IMG/VR virus record: IMGVR_UViG_3300027741_000025 | Location: 32,001-96,000 of that record | Origin: a virus | Length of the DNA stretch: 64,000 nucleotides | Strand: one strand, 5' to 3' | Shown here: positions 49,908 through 58,824 of the stretch, in pieces | Position numbering within the stretch: the first letter of the stretch is position 1 | Layout of the letters: the number at the start of each line of letters is the position of its first letter | Program-made: the position numbers and the translations under genes | The notes under the pieces: model-generated | Told to the model about the DNA's origin: nothing | Seen by the model: the letters and a program-made list of their open reading frames with translations, nothing else | The model's database searches: none

Positions 49908-49921
49908 GCAGAAAATGGCTA

Positions 49922-49950
49922 TTGACCCAACATTCAATGTGTGTTAGTAT
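49922..49950 (+). promoter_or_regulatory. Sigma70-like promoter
   Basis: TTGACC-17 nt-TAGTAT with TG extension, upstream of an AAGGA RBS and ATG 49975. Confidence 0.6.
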
Positions 49951-49974
49951 CCCGCCAACCCAAAGGATAAACAA

Positions 49975-50256
49975 ATGAAAATTAAAGTTTTAAAGTTAAT
50001 CACAGGTGAAGAAATCATCACTCAAGTTAAATCTGAGGATGAAAACACTGTTGTTCTTGTTGAACCACAGAAATTTATTATGAGCCAAGAGGGTGTCGGA
50101 TCAATGCCATTGATGCCCATGTCTAAGGATAAAGAGTATTCAATATTAAAAAGTCATGTTTTGATAATATCGGAGCCAGATGATGATATTAAAAATGTTT
50201 ATAATACAAAATTTGGTAGCGGCGTCGTAGTTCCAAGCGGTATCATCACAGGGTGA
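49975..50256 (+). CDS. Small Sm-like phage protein
   Basis: IKVLKLITGEEII...Y...FGSG.V.P, a pattern common in T4-like phages. Confidence 0.7.
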   Translation: MKIKVLKLITGEEIITQVKSEDENTVVLVEPQKFIMSQEGVGSMPLMPMSKDKEYSILKSHVLIISEPDDDIKNVYNTKFGSGVVVPSGIITG

Positions 50257-50260
50257 ATAA

Positions 50261-50647
50261 ATGGCTTTTAAAATATGCCCAGAATGCAACGAGAAAAATC
50301 CAGCAAGAATAAGAAAATGTAAAAAATGCGAATCTATCTTTGGATTTAAGGCTAAGAAGAAAAAGCAAAAAAAAGAAACGGTAAGTGATTGGAAGATACT
50401 TATTCCTGGCGATCAAATAAAGGTCGCCAGCGGTGGTCCCGTATTTATTGATAAAGATAAAAACGAACTACCCATGGGATATCATGGTAATTTTTCCGTC
50501 ATATCTCTTGATAAAAATGGAATAATTGCCCATGGACTAGATAAGTGCTGTGGCTTTTGTCACATTTGGATGGGAGAAGAAAAAGAAAGCACTGCTGGCG
50601 TGTTTAAAAAACCACATAAAATTTACAAACTAGCTGCTAGGGTTTAA
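50261..50647 (+). CDS. Zinc-ribbon protein
   Basis: CPEC-x10-CKKC. Confidence 0.75.
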   Translation: MAFKICPECNEKNPARIRKCKKCESIFGFKAKKKKQKKETVSDWKILIPGDQIKVASGGPVFIDKDKNELPMGYHGNFSVISLDKNGIIAHGLDKCCGFCHIWMGEEKESTAGVFKKPHKIYKLAARV

Positions 50648-50649
50648 AT

Positions 50650-50826
50650 TCACTTTTGATTTAACTGGCAGTAATTGTACTTATCTCGACAGTTTTTACC
50701 CTCTTCATATCCTGCAATAAAAGCTTGTTCAAGTAGATCAAGGTTTTCTGCTTTAATTTTTTCGATTTTTAACCACTCGTTAAAAGATTCTGTTTTATTC
50801 TCAAAGCAGAAATCATCAACGCTCAT
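50650..50826 (-). CDS. Small hypothetical protein (58 aa, not in the ORF track)
   Basis: MSVDDFCFENKTESFNEWLKIE...QAFIAGYEEG..., ATGA-coupled to the patatin stop. Confidence 0.6.
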   Translation of the reverse strand: MSVDDFCFENKTESFNEWLKIEKIKAENLDLLEQAFIAGYEEGKNCRDKYNYCQLNQK

Positions 50827-51662
50827 ATAATATTCCTTTTTTTGAACAAGCTCTTAATTGCTTTTTTGTTGTATTTATTGTATTCAGTTTTACCGTACTC
50901 AACACCCGATTTACATTTATTAAAGTAAACTGAGTCAAATAAAAGTTCCTTTGGCTCAATAAGATAAATATTTATCCCTTTATAATAAGGGTCATCTTCG
51001 TTCTTAATAGACTCATTTATATCTCTTGTCATTATTTCATATAAACTTATATCAAGGGCTCTAAAAGCCATCTCAGCAGGCTTTAAATAGCCTTTAGGCT
51101 TATCCCAGAAGCTTAGAGCTAAAGGTCTGCCCATAATAAGATATATTTCATTGCAACCAAAATCAATACATTGTTTTAAAGGAGCTAATTGGCGACTACC
51201 AGCATCAACCCAGCCATCTACATCTTGAACAAGCCCTGTTATAGCCACACTCCCCAGAACGCTTTTGACAAACTCTTCTTTTGAAACCTGCATATTGGAG
51301 ACATATTGCATCTCACCGGTGTGTATATTCATTTTAGATACAACACTCTCACATATTGGATCGTTTTTAACTGCGTTTTCTACTATTTTTTTCATCGGCT
51401 TTTGATTCATAACACCAGTCTTGTTCCAAAAAGTATAATTGATGCTAAAAACATCAAAAACATTGGATATATTTGACCACATATCTGCTAATCCTTGTGG
51501 ACCAAGATAAGAATAACTAGCGGCGCATATACTTCCGCTGGATATCCCTATTGTTAGATCTGGTTTGATTCCTTTTAAGCTCAAGGAAAGAGCAATCCCA
51601 GATTGAATGGAGCCGCGAGCACCCTCACCAGTAAAACAAAATCCTATTTTTTTATTCTTCAT
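50823..51662 (-). CDS. Patatin-like phospholipase
   Basis: GEGARG oxyanion loop, GISSG nucleophile, WVDAG. Confidence 0.88.
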   Translation of the reverse strand: MKNKKIGFCFTGEGARGSIQSGIALSLSLKGIKPDLTIGISSGSICAASYSYLGPQGLADMWSNISNVFDVFSINYTFWNKTGVMNQKPMKKIVENAVKNDPICESVVSKMNIHTGEMQYVSNMQVSKEEFVKSVLGSVAITGLVQDVDGWVDAGSRQLAPLKQCIDFGCNEIYLIMGRPLALSFWDKPKGYLKPAEMAFRALDISLYEIMTRDINESIKNEDDPYYKGINIYLIEPKELLFDSVYFNKCKSGVEYGKTEYNKYNKKAIKSLFKKRNII

Positions 51663-52296
51663 TGTTTCTCTTTATAAATCTCGCTAAGGGTGATGGCTTG
51701 CTTATAATTGAACTACCAGTTTTGGGTTTTTCTTCTTGATCTTGATTTGATCCAAATATGTCTAAGGTTTGTTGATCTTGTTGTTTTTGCTTATCATCCT
51801 CTGCCTTAGCACTTGCAAACCAATTTCTCAAAAACTTAACTTGGTCATCATCTATTTGTGGTTCTTTTGGAACAACAGGAGTTACCTCGGGTTCCTTATA
51901 TTTTGACTTATACTTAGCATATTGTCTTGGGGTTAATTTGATCCATAAGTTTTTTGCTCCCATAGCAGCAAGATCTCGCTCTTCCCGTGGCTTTAGTCTA
52001 ACGCCTGTCAACTCTTGTTTTTCGTAAAGATGATCAATAGGTATTATGATTCTACTGCCATCATTTTTTGACAAATCTAGAGCTTCTACGTGGCTTCTCT
52101 TTATTTCTACAACCTTAGCCAGTCTGGTGACGTTAGCCCCTTTAAGCTTAGTTTCAGGTCCTAGTTCTATAATATCGTTCAAAGACACAGACATTTTTAC
52201 AGATTTTTTAACACTAATTTCAGGGCGATAAACCACATGCTTGGATTCAAATATTTCTTGCTTTTTTATCCATTCGAAAAAACTTTTTCGCTTCAT
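51652..52296 (-). CDS. Hypothetical protein (possible head-internal protein)
   Basis: 214 aa, N-terminus KSFFEWIKKQE. Confidence 0.7.
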   Translation of the reverse strand: MKRKSFFEWIKKQEIFESKHVVYRPEISVKKSVKMSVSLNDIIELGPETKLKGANVTRLAKVVEIKRSHVEALDLSKNDGSRIIIPIDHLYEKQELTGVRLKPREERDLAAMGAKNLWIKLTPRQYAKYKSKYKEPEVTPVVPKEPQIDDDQVKFLRNWFASAKAEDDKQKQQDQQTLDIFGSNQDQEEKPKTGSSIISKPSPLARFIKRNNEE

Positions 52297-52343
52297 GATA
52301 AATTATATATTAATATTATACAATTTTTATCATAGTTAATAAT

Positions 52344-52703
52344 ATGGAAAAAGACTTTATAGATAAAAAAGTAGAAGAGGCTGTCAAACAAACTTTAAAA
52401 GAGTACAAAGAATTTGCATTTAAACAAGATTTAGAAAAAGTTTGTTTAGCTGTAATATTAGGTGGCACTTTCGACAGCCTCATTAGAAATATTTCTGCAA
52501 ACCTAATTATGCCATTTTTTGACTTTATAATAAACAAAACTCACGGTGGCTGGCGAGATTATAAATTGGTAATAGCAGACGGACTAGAACTGGGGATAGG
52601 CAAAATTGCCGGTGGTTTCTTGGATTTTGCCATAATAAGTGTTGTTTTGTTTATTGTTTTTCAAAAAATATTCAGAAACAAGATAGAGTCAACTAAAGAC
52701 TAA
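52344..52703 (+). CDS. mscL: MscL-like mechanosensitive channel
   Basis: LKEYKEFAFK S1 helix, TM1 AVILGGTFDSLI...LIMP, TM2 G....GFLDFAIISVVLFIV. Confidence 0.8.
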   Translation: MEKDFIDKKVEEAVKQTLKEYKEFAFKQDLEKVCLAVILGGTFDSLIRNISANLIMPFFDFIINKTHGGWRDYKLVIADGLELGIGKIAGGFLDFAIISVVLFIVFQKIFRNKIESTKD

Positions 52704-52771
52704 GCATTATTCTTATTTTATTGCAAAACTATATCGAAGTGCTTTATGGTTTTGTTGCATATATAATTCAT

Positions 52772-55165
52772 ATGCCCACAAATGTAGTACTATATTCATC
52801 GGATGGAACAAACTGGAATTATGTTCCCACCAATTTCATAGATAATGCCACATCAGGACAAAACATATGGTGTTACGGTGATAATAAATACCTATATCTG
52901 GCATCGGATGGTGGAAGCGGAAATAAAATCTACTACTCTAGTGATTTGTCTACATGGACGAGAATATCTGCAAACAGTCAAGATAATTCAACCCTTGGTG
53001 TCGCAAGTGGAACATTGTGGTCGATCATATATGACGGAAGCAAGTTTATTTGTTTGCTAAGTAACCAAACACCAGCAAATTCTTCGGGTAGTCCTAGTGT
53101 TTTGTCAACCTCAACAGATGGTCTAAGTTGGACGCCAGTTCCTCCTATTATCGCCGGCAGCTCAAATGCACCAAATGGCAATCCATACTATGCTAAACAT
53201 TGTATGAATTTTCGTGGAGTTACCAACATATTGTATAATGGCAGTAGCACCTACATGATAGATGGATCTTTGCGAGAACAATATCAATCTGGCTCTAACT
53301 ATGTTGATGGATCAAACTATTGGAAATGCATAAGTATAGATGGAACTAATTGGACTACCGCTCCTTATGAAAGAGTAATAGTGGGGGCATCATGCTATGG
53401 TGATAATAAGTTCGTAGAAATAGCCTATGACTCAAGTAATGTCTTATCATGTTATATAATAACAGTCAATTATGACGCTACAATAAGCTATACTAAGTAT
53501 TCAAGCCCTTTTTCTTCTTACAATAATACTTGGAACGGCTTCAGCAAACAATACAGCATGGATTATGGAAATGGTAAATTTGTAGCAGTAAGACTATCAA
53601 ACCCAGCAATTATAGCTTATAGTAGTAATGCTATTAATTGGACTGAGGTTAGCATCCCCGTATCTGGTAGTAAAATCTGGAATGGTGTTAAGTTTGGTAA
53701 TGGTATTTTTATTATAAATCAATATGGTGCTGGTGACGACACATATTTATATTCATCGGATGGTATGAATTGGAATGTTGGTCATCACAGCTCACATTCT
53801 TCTTTTTCTCAAGAGGCATCATTTGCCAATGGTCAATTTGTGTTTTTTGCTGAGGACCCCAATACTACTCCTACACCAACGCCGACCAAGACATCTGCAC
53901 CAACACCAACACCAACACCAACCAAGACATCTACACCAACACCAACCAGGACATCTACACCAACACCAACCAGGACATCTACACCAACACCAACCAGGAC
54001 ATCTACACCAACACCAACCAGGACATCTACACCAACACCAACCAAGACATCTACACCAACACCAACACCAACACCAACACCAACACCAACACCAACACCA
54101 ACATCAACATCAACATCTACACCAGGACCGACAGCAACTGCAACTCTCACGCTTGGACCAACTACCCCAACTCTTACCAAGACACCAACTGCTACCCCAA
54201 CTCTTACTAAGACACCAACTGCTACCCCAACTCTTACTAAGACACCAACTACAACTCCAGGACCAACTACTACTCCAACTGCAACGCTAGGACCAACAGC
54301 AACTGCAACTCCTGCTACAACAGAATTTCCTGCAACTAAAATAAGATTTTATACCATGGAGTTGGTTTTAAAAGTTTTTGTAGACCCAAAAATTACATTT
54401 GGAAAGCTAGTTGATTTTAATGATCTTTCTAAAGATGTTGGTTTATATTTTTATAATGGCATAGGAAATAGAAATGTTGATCCAAGCACTTGTATGCCTA
54501 TAAGAGCAGTAGGACAATATTTACAATTTGTTCCAAAGGCTGGTCCTGGTAATACTGCGATGTCTCAGAATGATTACAACCAAATAGTTTTAAAGAGAGA
54601 AGAGACAGAAAAAGTTACTGTGTATTTAAACAAGGTAAAACAATTTGAGTTTTATGATTATGAAAAATACGCAGTAATAGACTCAAATTCTTTATGGTTT
54701 TTCAAAGATGATAATATTACAAATAATGAAGAGTTTAAATATAGAGTCTCTAAGATAGTAATATACCCTGATCCATTATCTGATGAAGAAATCGAGAGTT
54801 TGCCAATATTCCACGGAATTACATCTGATTGTGTGATAGGAACACCAGAACCAACAGCTTCTCCGCTACCAACACCCACACCAGAAGTTTGCATTGTAGA
54901 TATTAGCGATGTCCCAGAAAACCTATATACTTTCAAAGATTGCCCAGACCCAGCAGATTATTGCTATACCACAAGCTTTATTTCTCATTTAACAAATATT
55001 TATTCAACAAATTATTCAAGAGAATGCCGCTCCACAAGCACGGGCGTTGGATACAGAACAGAGTGCTTTTCAACAAGCTTTTCTACAAGCTGCTTTTGCA
55101 CATCCACATCCACATCCACATCAGCATCTCATGGCTTTATAGATATGGTTGATTTTATTCCATGA
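52772..55165 (+). CDS. Mucin-like adhesin: BNR/Asp-box propeller, Pro/Thr stalk, LamG-like domain, Cys-rich tail
   Basis: Repeated S.DG..W motifs and PTPTRTST repeats. Start re-assigned to MPTNVV at 52772. Confidence 0.75.
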   Translation: MPTNVVLYSSDGTNWNYVPTNFIDNATSGQNIWCYGDNKYLYLASDGGSGNKIYYSSDLSTWTRISANSQDNSTLGVASGTLWSIIYDGSKFICLLSNQTPANSSGSPSVLSTSTDGLSWTPVPPIIAGSSNAPNGNPYYAKHCMNFRGVTNILYNGSSTYMIDGSLREQYQSGSNYVDGSNYWKCISIDGTNWTTAPYERVIVGASCYGDNKFVEIAYDSSNVLSCYIITVNYDATISYTKYSSPFSSYNNTWNGFSKQYSMDYGNGKFVAVRLSNPAIIAYSSNAINWTEVSIPVSGSKIWNGVKFGNGIFIINQYGAGDDTYLYSSDGMNWNVGHHSSHSSFSQEASFANGQFVFFAEDPNTTPTPTPTKTSAPTPTPTPTKTSTPTPTRTSTPTPTRTSTPTPTRTSTPTPTRTSTPTPTKTSTPTPTPTPTPTPTPTPTSTSTSTPGPTATATLTLGPTTPTLTKTPTATPTLTKTPTATPTLTKTPTTTPGPTTTPTATLGPTATATPATTEFPATKIRFYTMELVLKVFVDPKITFGKLVDFNDLSKDVGLYFYNGIGNRNVDPSTCMPIRAVGQYLQFVPKAGPGNTAMSQNDYNQIVLKREETEKVTVYLNKVKQFEFYDYEKYAVIDSNSLWFFKDDNITNNEEFKYRVSKIVIYPDPLSDEEIESLPIFHGITSDCVIGTPEPTASPLPTPTPEVCIVDISDVPENLYTFKDCPDPADYCYTTSFISHLTNIYSTNYSRECRSTSTGVGYRTECFSTSFSTSCFCTSTSTSTSASHGFIDMVDFIP

Positions 55166-55166
55166 T

Positions 55167-57509
55167 TCAAGAAGATAAAATTTTATCTATATAAAAGCCA
55201 GACACATAATCGATTAGTATGTATAAGTAGTCATTCACATAATTAAATTTTAAGTCTATTATTTCACCATCACCGTAGTACAATAACGAAGTATTGGTCA
55301 AAGAAGAATTTATTTTATATAAACTGTTTCCATGAGAAGTATTCCCTGGGGCTCCACAGATATAAACATAACCATTTTGTTCATCGATGTCCATGCTGAT
55401 ATGTTCCACGAAACTATTGGTCGGTTGATTATTCACTAAAGTGATAGAAGATCCAATAGTATTATTGGAATTCACCAGAGTTACTTTTAATGTAATGTGT
55501 CCTGAAGAACTCCAATCATCATTGACTGTAGCAACATATGTCAAATCGTTAGTTGTGTTAGACTTTATAGCTACGATATACTCACCAGAGGGTAGGGTCA
55601 ATGTTTCTATTGCAGAGTTGTTGGATGTATTTATAATATGCACAACATTTGAATAAAAATTGGCTACATACAATTTATTAGAATGGGTGTTGATCTCCAT
55701 AGAACCATTGGGATAAAAATCACCAGATATCGTGGTTAAAATAGAGGTTGTTGTGTAATTTCTAACTACTAATTGATTAAGACCTTCTGCTGTAAATATT
55801 TTATTGTTTACACTATCTAGCGCTGCATTAAATATAGCGTATGTGGGATCACCGTTTATTGTGGCGACAACAGAATCAGACGCTAAATCAATAATGCTGG
55901 CAGTTTTGCTTACATAATTTACAACTATTGCCTTTCTTTGAGTTCTATCCACACTAATAGTTGAGGGTTGAGCGCCAACAGTGATAACATTGCTGACAGA
56001 GTTGGTGTCATTATCAAAAACCCAAACAGTGTTGGTCTCTCCACCAGTACTGCCAGTGTTTAATATATAAAGTTTGTTCGAAGTTGTGTCTAGATCCATT
56101 GCGTCTGGAAATGTCATTCCCAATAAAGTCAGGGATATTGGCGTGGCTGCTGGTGTAGCAGTTGGTGTAGGCGTAACAGTTGGTGTTTTAGTAGGTGTAG
56201 CACTTGGTGTAAGCGTAGATATTGCTGTTGCTGTTAGTGTAAGCGTAGGTGTTGCTGTTTGTGTATGTGTAGGTGTTGGTGTTGCTGTTTGTGTAGGTGT
56301 TGCTGTTTGTGTAGGTGTTGCTGTTTGTGTAGGTGTTGCTGTTTGTGTAGGTGTGGCAGTTAGTGTAGGTGTGGCAGTTAGTGTAGGTGTAGGTGTTGGT
56401 GTTGGTCTCACATCATCACAATCTCTCCAATCAAAATAATTATCAGAATAATATTTGAAGTTTGTTACTAATTCTCCTGCTATACAAGCTGATTGATTTT
56501 TTAAAACATTAACTCTTTTGCCCAATATGGCCACCACAGATCCCCCAATATTGATCCAGTCGTACCCAGATTGCCGCATTACTCCGTCCTTGTAAGCAAC
56601 TAACTCCAAATCAACATTGCCAGATTGTCTTGTGTTATACCAAAATGCTTTCAAAGAGCCGCATATAGAAAAGCTATCACTATTAGAATCTCTTATATTT
56701 TTGATATACATAACAACGGATTCATAGCCAGTACCAACATTATCCCCGCCCCACTCATACCAGGGCAAAGCGGGTGCATCAGGGTATAAACGTTTTTTGC
56801 ACCAACCAACTTCATGTCCCTGTTCAGAACCATAAGAAATTGATGTTCTTGTGTCTAAATCTAATCCATCTAAGAACTTATATCTCACTACTATAAAATC
56901 GGCATCTATAAAACCTACATCTACTATTGGTGTGGCTGTTGGTGGTATAATTGTGGGCGATGGTGTTATCGGGCAGCAAGCACAATTGCATATAGGCTTA
57001 AGTTTTGTGCACTCCACCAGACTCTCAATTGCAAGCTTAAGTCCTGTGCCTTTTTCTACTCTTATAACAACAGCATTGTTGCCATCTACTATATCGCAAG
57101 CATAGTTGTAGTTTTCGTTGTATGGAACAAGATCTTTTGTTCTTTCGTTCCACTCTCTGAGATTATTCTGGAAGTAAAATCTGACGTCTTTGGATATCGG
57201 GCAAGATAATCCACAAAGATCAAAGTGCCCGAATTTATTTGGAATTTGATCGAGAGAGCCAGCACCATAACAATCTTCCCAAGATATAAATATTGTATTA
57301 ACACTAACGCCTTGTGTTGGCTCTGGTGTCGTGAGTGGACAACAAGACATATACTCCAGATTATTCCAGTGTTTAACTCCATCGCCAATTTTCAATTTTC
57401 CCGTGTTTATCTCAAACCCAGGTTCACCCAAAGCTAAAATCGGATTAGCATCATACCACTCTTGAAAAGTTCCATTTCTCAGATGTATTTGCGTGAATGG
57501 CGTTGTCAT
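55167..57509 (-). CDS. Fibre/adhesin with Mtd/hyaluronidase-type N-terminal domain, Pro/Thr stalk and YVTN-like beta-propeller
   Basis: [31 protein letters not shown]...WN.L, and [16 protein letters not shown] repeats. Confidence 0.8.
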   Translation of the reverse strand: MTTPFTQIHLRNGTFQEWYDANPILALGEPGFEINTGKLKIGDGVKHWNNLEYMSCCPLTTPEPTQGVSVNTIFISWEDCYGAGSLDQIPNKFGHFDLCGLSCPISKDVRFYFQNNLREWNERTKDLVPYNENYNYACDIVDGNNAVVIRVEKGTGLKLAIESLVECTKLKPICNCACCPITPSPTIIPPTATPIVDVGFIDADFIVVRYKFLDGLDLDTRTSISYGSEQGHEVGWCKKRLYPDAPALPWYEWGGDNVGTGYESVVMYIKNIRDSNSDSFSICGSLKAFWYNTRQSGNVDLELVAYKDGVMRQSGYDWINIGGSVVAILGKRVNVLKNQSACIAGELVTNFKYYSDNYFDWRDCDDVRPTPTPTPTLTATPTLTATPTQTATPTQTATPTQTATPTQTATPTPTHTQTATPTLTLTATAISTLTPSATPTKTPTVTPTPTATPAATPISLTLLGMTFPDAMDLDTTSNKLYILNTGSTGGETNTVWVFDNDTNSVSNVITVGAQPSTISVDRTQRKAIVVNYVSKTASIIDLASDSVVATINGDPTYAIFNAALDSVNNKIFTAEGLNQLVVRNYTTTSILTTISGDFYPNGSMEINTHSNKLYVANFYSNVVHIINTSNNSAIETLTLPSGEYIVAIKSNTTNDLTYVATVNDDWSSSGHITLKVTLVNSNNTIGSSITLVNNQPTNSFVEHISMDIDEQNGYVYICGAPGNTSHGNSLYKINSSLTNTSLLYYGDGEIIDLKFNYVNDYLYILIDYVSGFYIDKILSS

Positions 57510-57555
57510 AATTATAAATTATATAGTTTTTATCCGATTAATTGTCAAAAAGACT
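56971..57555. repeat. Direct repeat copy 1 (~585 bp, high identity to 60875-61459)
   Basis: Long identical stretches, e.g. TCTACTATATCGCAAGCATAGTTGTAGTTTTCGTTGTATGGAACAAGATCTTTTG in both copies. Confidence 0.9.
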
Positions 57556-57570
57556 AGCCTCTGCCTGCTA

Positions 57571-58815
57571 TCATGATACATATCCAACAAACTGAAGGCT
57601 ATTAACTGATGATTTATTGTTTTTAATTTCCATCTTATAGTATCTATAAGATGCCGGGGATGTTATGTTATATTTATAAATCCCCGAATAGGATGTGTCC
57701 GACCCAGATCTATTATCAAGCGAATTCCATGTAGAATTATCATTTGATCCATATAAAGTCCATGCTGTGAGTCTGTAGCCCCTGTTGTAGTTATCCGCAT
57801 ATATTCCACTTGTAATGTTGTAATAGCTTAGAGTGACGGCAACTCCGAAATCAAGATATCCAACTCCTCCTGTTTCAAAAGGACCCCAAGCAGATCGGGA
57901 AAGATCATAATATTTGTTTAGAGAGCTTACGGAGCTACTTTGGTTAGGGAATAATCCAAAATCACTACTAATATTTGCGCAATATCTAAACCCGAGATTT
58001 GAAAAAACTCTAGCGAAACTTGACCTATGACCTGTCCCAGGTGTTTCAACAAGAACAGAGCCAAAACCATCAATACATTTGGCTGTTGGAAACAATGTAT
58101 ATCCTCCATGAAGTTCACAAGGAGTACTAGGACTTTCATACCCCAAAATTTGCATTTCCCCAATCTGAAAAGCTTGTTCATTACGCAGGTCAGACACACT
58201 TCGCCCGCCTTTAGTAACTATTAATCTATAGTTTTTATAAGCCGTAGCACCAGAAACAGAATACTCTGAGTAAGAACAATTTCGGGCGAGCTTGCTTGTT
58301 GCGTTCGGAAATTTACCTTGAGATGTTCTGGCATCTACAGTTGTCCAAGTAACACCATCGTTTGTTCCAGACAAATACCAGTCTTGGGGAGTTTGGTCAC
58401 TCATATCACCATATTGGTTTGTAATATCGTCAAATAGATTTCCAATAACCCCTGCTCCAAAAGCATTATACATCCTGTATTTTGTAATTACCACAGGAAG
58501 ACCAAAACTAAAATATGCCTTAGATCTTGATACATAACCAGTTGTTCCTCCTCTCATTGAGTTTTTATAAAATGAATCATAAATACTTTGGTACGGCAAA
58601 ATTCCTGTAAATAAATTATTAACATAATTTATACTTTTTGTAGTCCCATCAATTAAACTAGAGTTATTGTATCTATTTCCAGAATAAATTATTGCTTCTG
58701 TATTATTTACATAATTATCACTAACAGAAAATTTATAGTATGACTTATGAGTAGAACTTACGTGTGTGTTATCATACATTGTTCCTCCTCCTACTAAAAT
58801 TCTTTCGGTCGGCAT
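57571..58815 (-). CDS. Tandem F5/8-type-C (discoidin-like) domain protein
   Basis: PQDWYLSGTNDGVTWTTVD and WTLYGSNDNSTW..LD...YRYYK. Confidence 0.8.
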   Translation of the reverse strand: MPTERILVGGGTMYDNTHVSSTHKSYYKFSVSDNYVNNTEAIIYSGNRYNNSSLIDGTTKSINYVNNLFTGILPYQSIYDSFYKNSMRGGTTGYVSRSKAYFSFGLPVVITKYRMYNAFGAGVIGNLFDDITNQYGDMSDQTPQDWYLSGTNDGVTWTTVDARTSQGKFPNATSKLARNCSYSEYSVSGATAYKNYRLIVTKGGRSVSDLRNEQAFQIGEMQILGYESPSTPCELHGGYTLFPTAKCIDGFGSVLVETPGTGHRSSFARVFSNLGFRYCANISSDFGLFPNQSSSVSSLNKYYDLSRSAWGPFETGGVGYLDFGVAVTLSYYNITSGIYADNYNRGYRLTAWTLYGSNDNSTWNSLDNRSGSDTSYSGIYKYNITSPASYRYYKMEIKNNKSSVNSLQFVGYVS

Positions 58816-58824
58816 AATTCACCT

